From Octopus vulgaris (taxonomy: Eukaryota), in assembly GCA_951406725.2 (NCBI GenBank), contig OX597816.1, positions 22,320,001-22,384,000 on the forward strand: DNA of 64,000 nt, given 5' to 3'. The translations under genes and the position numbers were made by a program. The stretch's first letter is position 1; the number at the start of each line of letters is the position of its first letter. Under the pieces are notes generated by a model. The model was given only the letters and a program-made list of their open reading frames with translations. It did not search any database and was not told the origin of the DNA. Positions 62,555 through 64,000 of the stretch are shown in pieces.

Positions 62555-62941
62555 TACATGATGGAAGCACTCCGTCGGTTACGACGATGAGGGTTCCGGT
62601 TGATCCGAATCAACGGAACAGCCTGCTCGTGAAATTAACGTGTAAGCGGCTGAGCACTCCACAGACACGTGTACCCTTAACGTAGTTCTTGGGGATATTC
62701 AGCGTGACACAGAGAGTGACAAGGCCGGCCCTTTGAAATACAGGTACAACAGAAAGTAAGAGTGAGAGAAAATTGTGGTGAAAGAGTACAGCAGGGATCA
62801 CCACCATCCCCTGCCGGAGCCTCGTGGAGCTTTTAGGTGTTTTCGCTAAATAAACACTCACAACGCCCGGTCTGGGAATCGAAACCGCGAACCTATGACC
62901 GCGAGTCCGCTGCCCTAACCACTGGGCCATTGCGCCTCCAC
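62555..62941 (-). mobile_element. SINE family D, full length
   Basis: Head GGAGGCGCAATGGCCCAGTGGTTAGGGCAGCGGACTCGCGG...GTTTCGATTCCCAGACC on the minus strand. Confidence 0.9.
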
Positions 62942-63579
62942 TACCCATACATACACACACCATACACAAACGCGCGTACATACACAAAAACACACGGACA
63001 CACACATACATACATATATAGAGAGAGAGAGTGAGATGTGATGTAGTGGTATTCTCTCGAACGTGAGTTCTGCAAATTCTTGCTCAACAGTTGCCATACA
63101 CGATTGGTTTCTAGTAATGAAATCTCCATGGGGCACTTCCACCATCAAGTCGATATCACTTGAAAAGCTGTATGGTGTTTCTCACGTAAGATGTCCATGT
63201 GGTCCCAGAGCAACGTCAAATTATGTTAAGTTATTTGCTCAAGAACTCATCACTCGGTCTGGGAATCGAACCTACGAACTCACTATCTCGATCAGAACAC
63301 CTTGCACTCTCAGTCATGTGCCCTTACATACACACACGCACGCACACATGTATATACACTTGGACAAGCGCGCAAGCGCACACACCCATAGTATTGGGAG
63401 ACATGCACCAGTTCAGTGTCTGAAAAGTTTGGGAGATATTAGTGTTGACAATACCAGAAAACGGATGGCTGCACCATATTACGAGTAATTCTACGCCGAA
63501 GCTTACCCATTGGGGTTATAATGTTCCTTGGCAGAACTATATAAGTTAGGCAACTTCAGTGTTATCCCTTCAGTTAGGC

Positions 63580-63674
63580 GTTTTATAAACGCATTCTACC
63601 AGTGTAAGAAGTTTAAAAGTGTTTAGTAACGTGGAAATTATTTTTAAAAACTGCCGTTCAAACCGAAAGGATCC
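63580..63674. mobile_element. Right end of the 56554-type MITE
   Basis: CATTCTACCAGTGT...AAAAACTGCCGTTCAAACCGAAAGGATCC. Confidence 0.85.
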
Positions 63675-64000
63675 CAAACATTTGTCGATGATCTGTAGAA
63701 GAACCGCAGATAATTCTTTTATGCACAACTAATGAACACTTTATAATAAATGGAACATTAAGACAATATGCATATTCCTGAGGAAAGTTAATTGACTTAC
63801 TCGAAACGAATTAATCTTATTCTAGAGGTTTAGCGTCGATGTTTGACTGATAATGATGTATATGTCATCCCTATATTGTTCTCCATACAACTGCCAAGGA
63901 AGATGTTGAAGAAAATAATTCAGAAAACTATTCTAATTTCTGATAATCCAATTTCCATAATAAAAATGGTAATAGGGTAAATTCCATAATATTTATGTAT

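Noticed and set aside
63772-63815. CTGAGGA...GAAACG hammerhead-like motif
   Set aside because: Stem II register is inconsistent and there is no UH site or stem I.

Overview
This is AT-rich, microsatellite-dense eukaryotic DNA that is almost entirely intergenic or intronic. The repeat content suggests an octopus (coleoid cephalopod) genome; that is an inference, not a database result. No intact host protein-coding gene can be supported: the long ORFs in the track are microsatellite artefacts or transposon debris. The window is a layered set of decayed mobile elements: at least five tRNA-derived SINE families, RTE, CR1 and R4/Dong-type LINE fragments, two Penelope-like (PLE) ORF fragments (RT and GIY-YIG), several Tc1/mariner relics, GGATC-ended MITEs with telomere-like cores, and a non-autonomous Helitron sitting exactly inside a LINE endonuclease motif. 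The most interesting signal is a recurring set of minimal type I hammerhead-ribozyme (HHR) motifs in several unrelated short repeats. One looks intact (37946-37988). One family appears to be a tRNA-headed SINE with an HHR tail and Penelope-style inverted ends, which suggests Penelope-mobilised, ribozyme-bearing non-autonomous RNAs. Also notable are a ~5 kb fold-back structure with ~1.1 kb arms (43.7-48.85 kb) and a candidate TATA promoter followed by a short intron (~41.2 kb). All alignments and translations were done by eye, so boundaries of degenerate elements are approximate.
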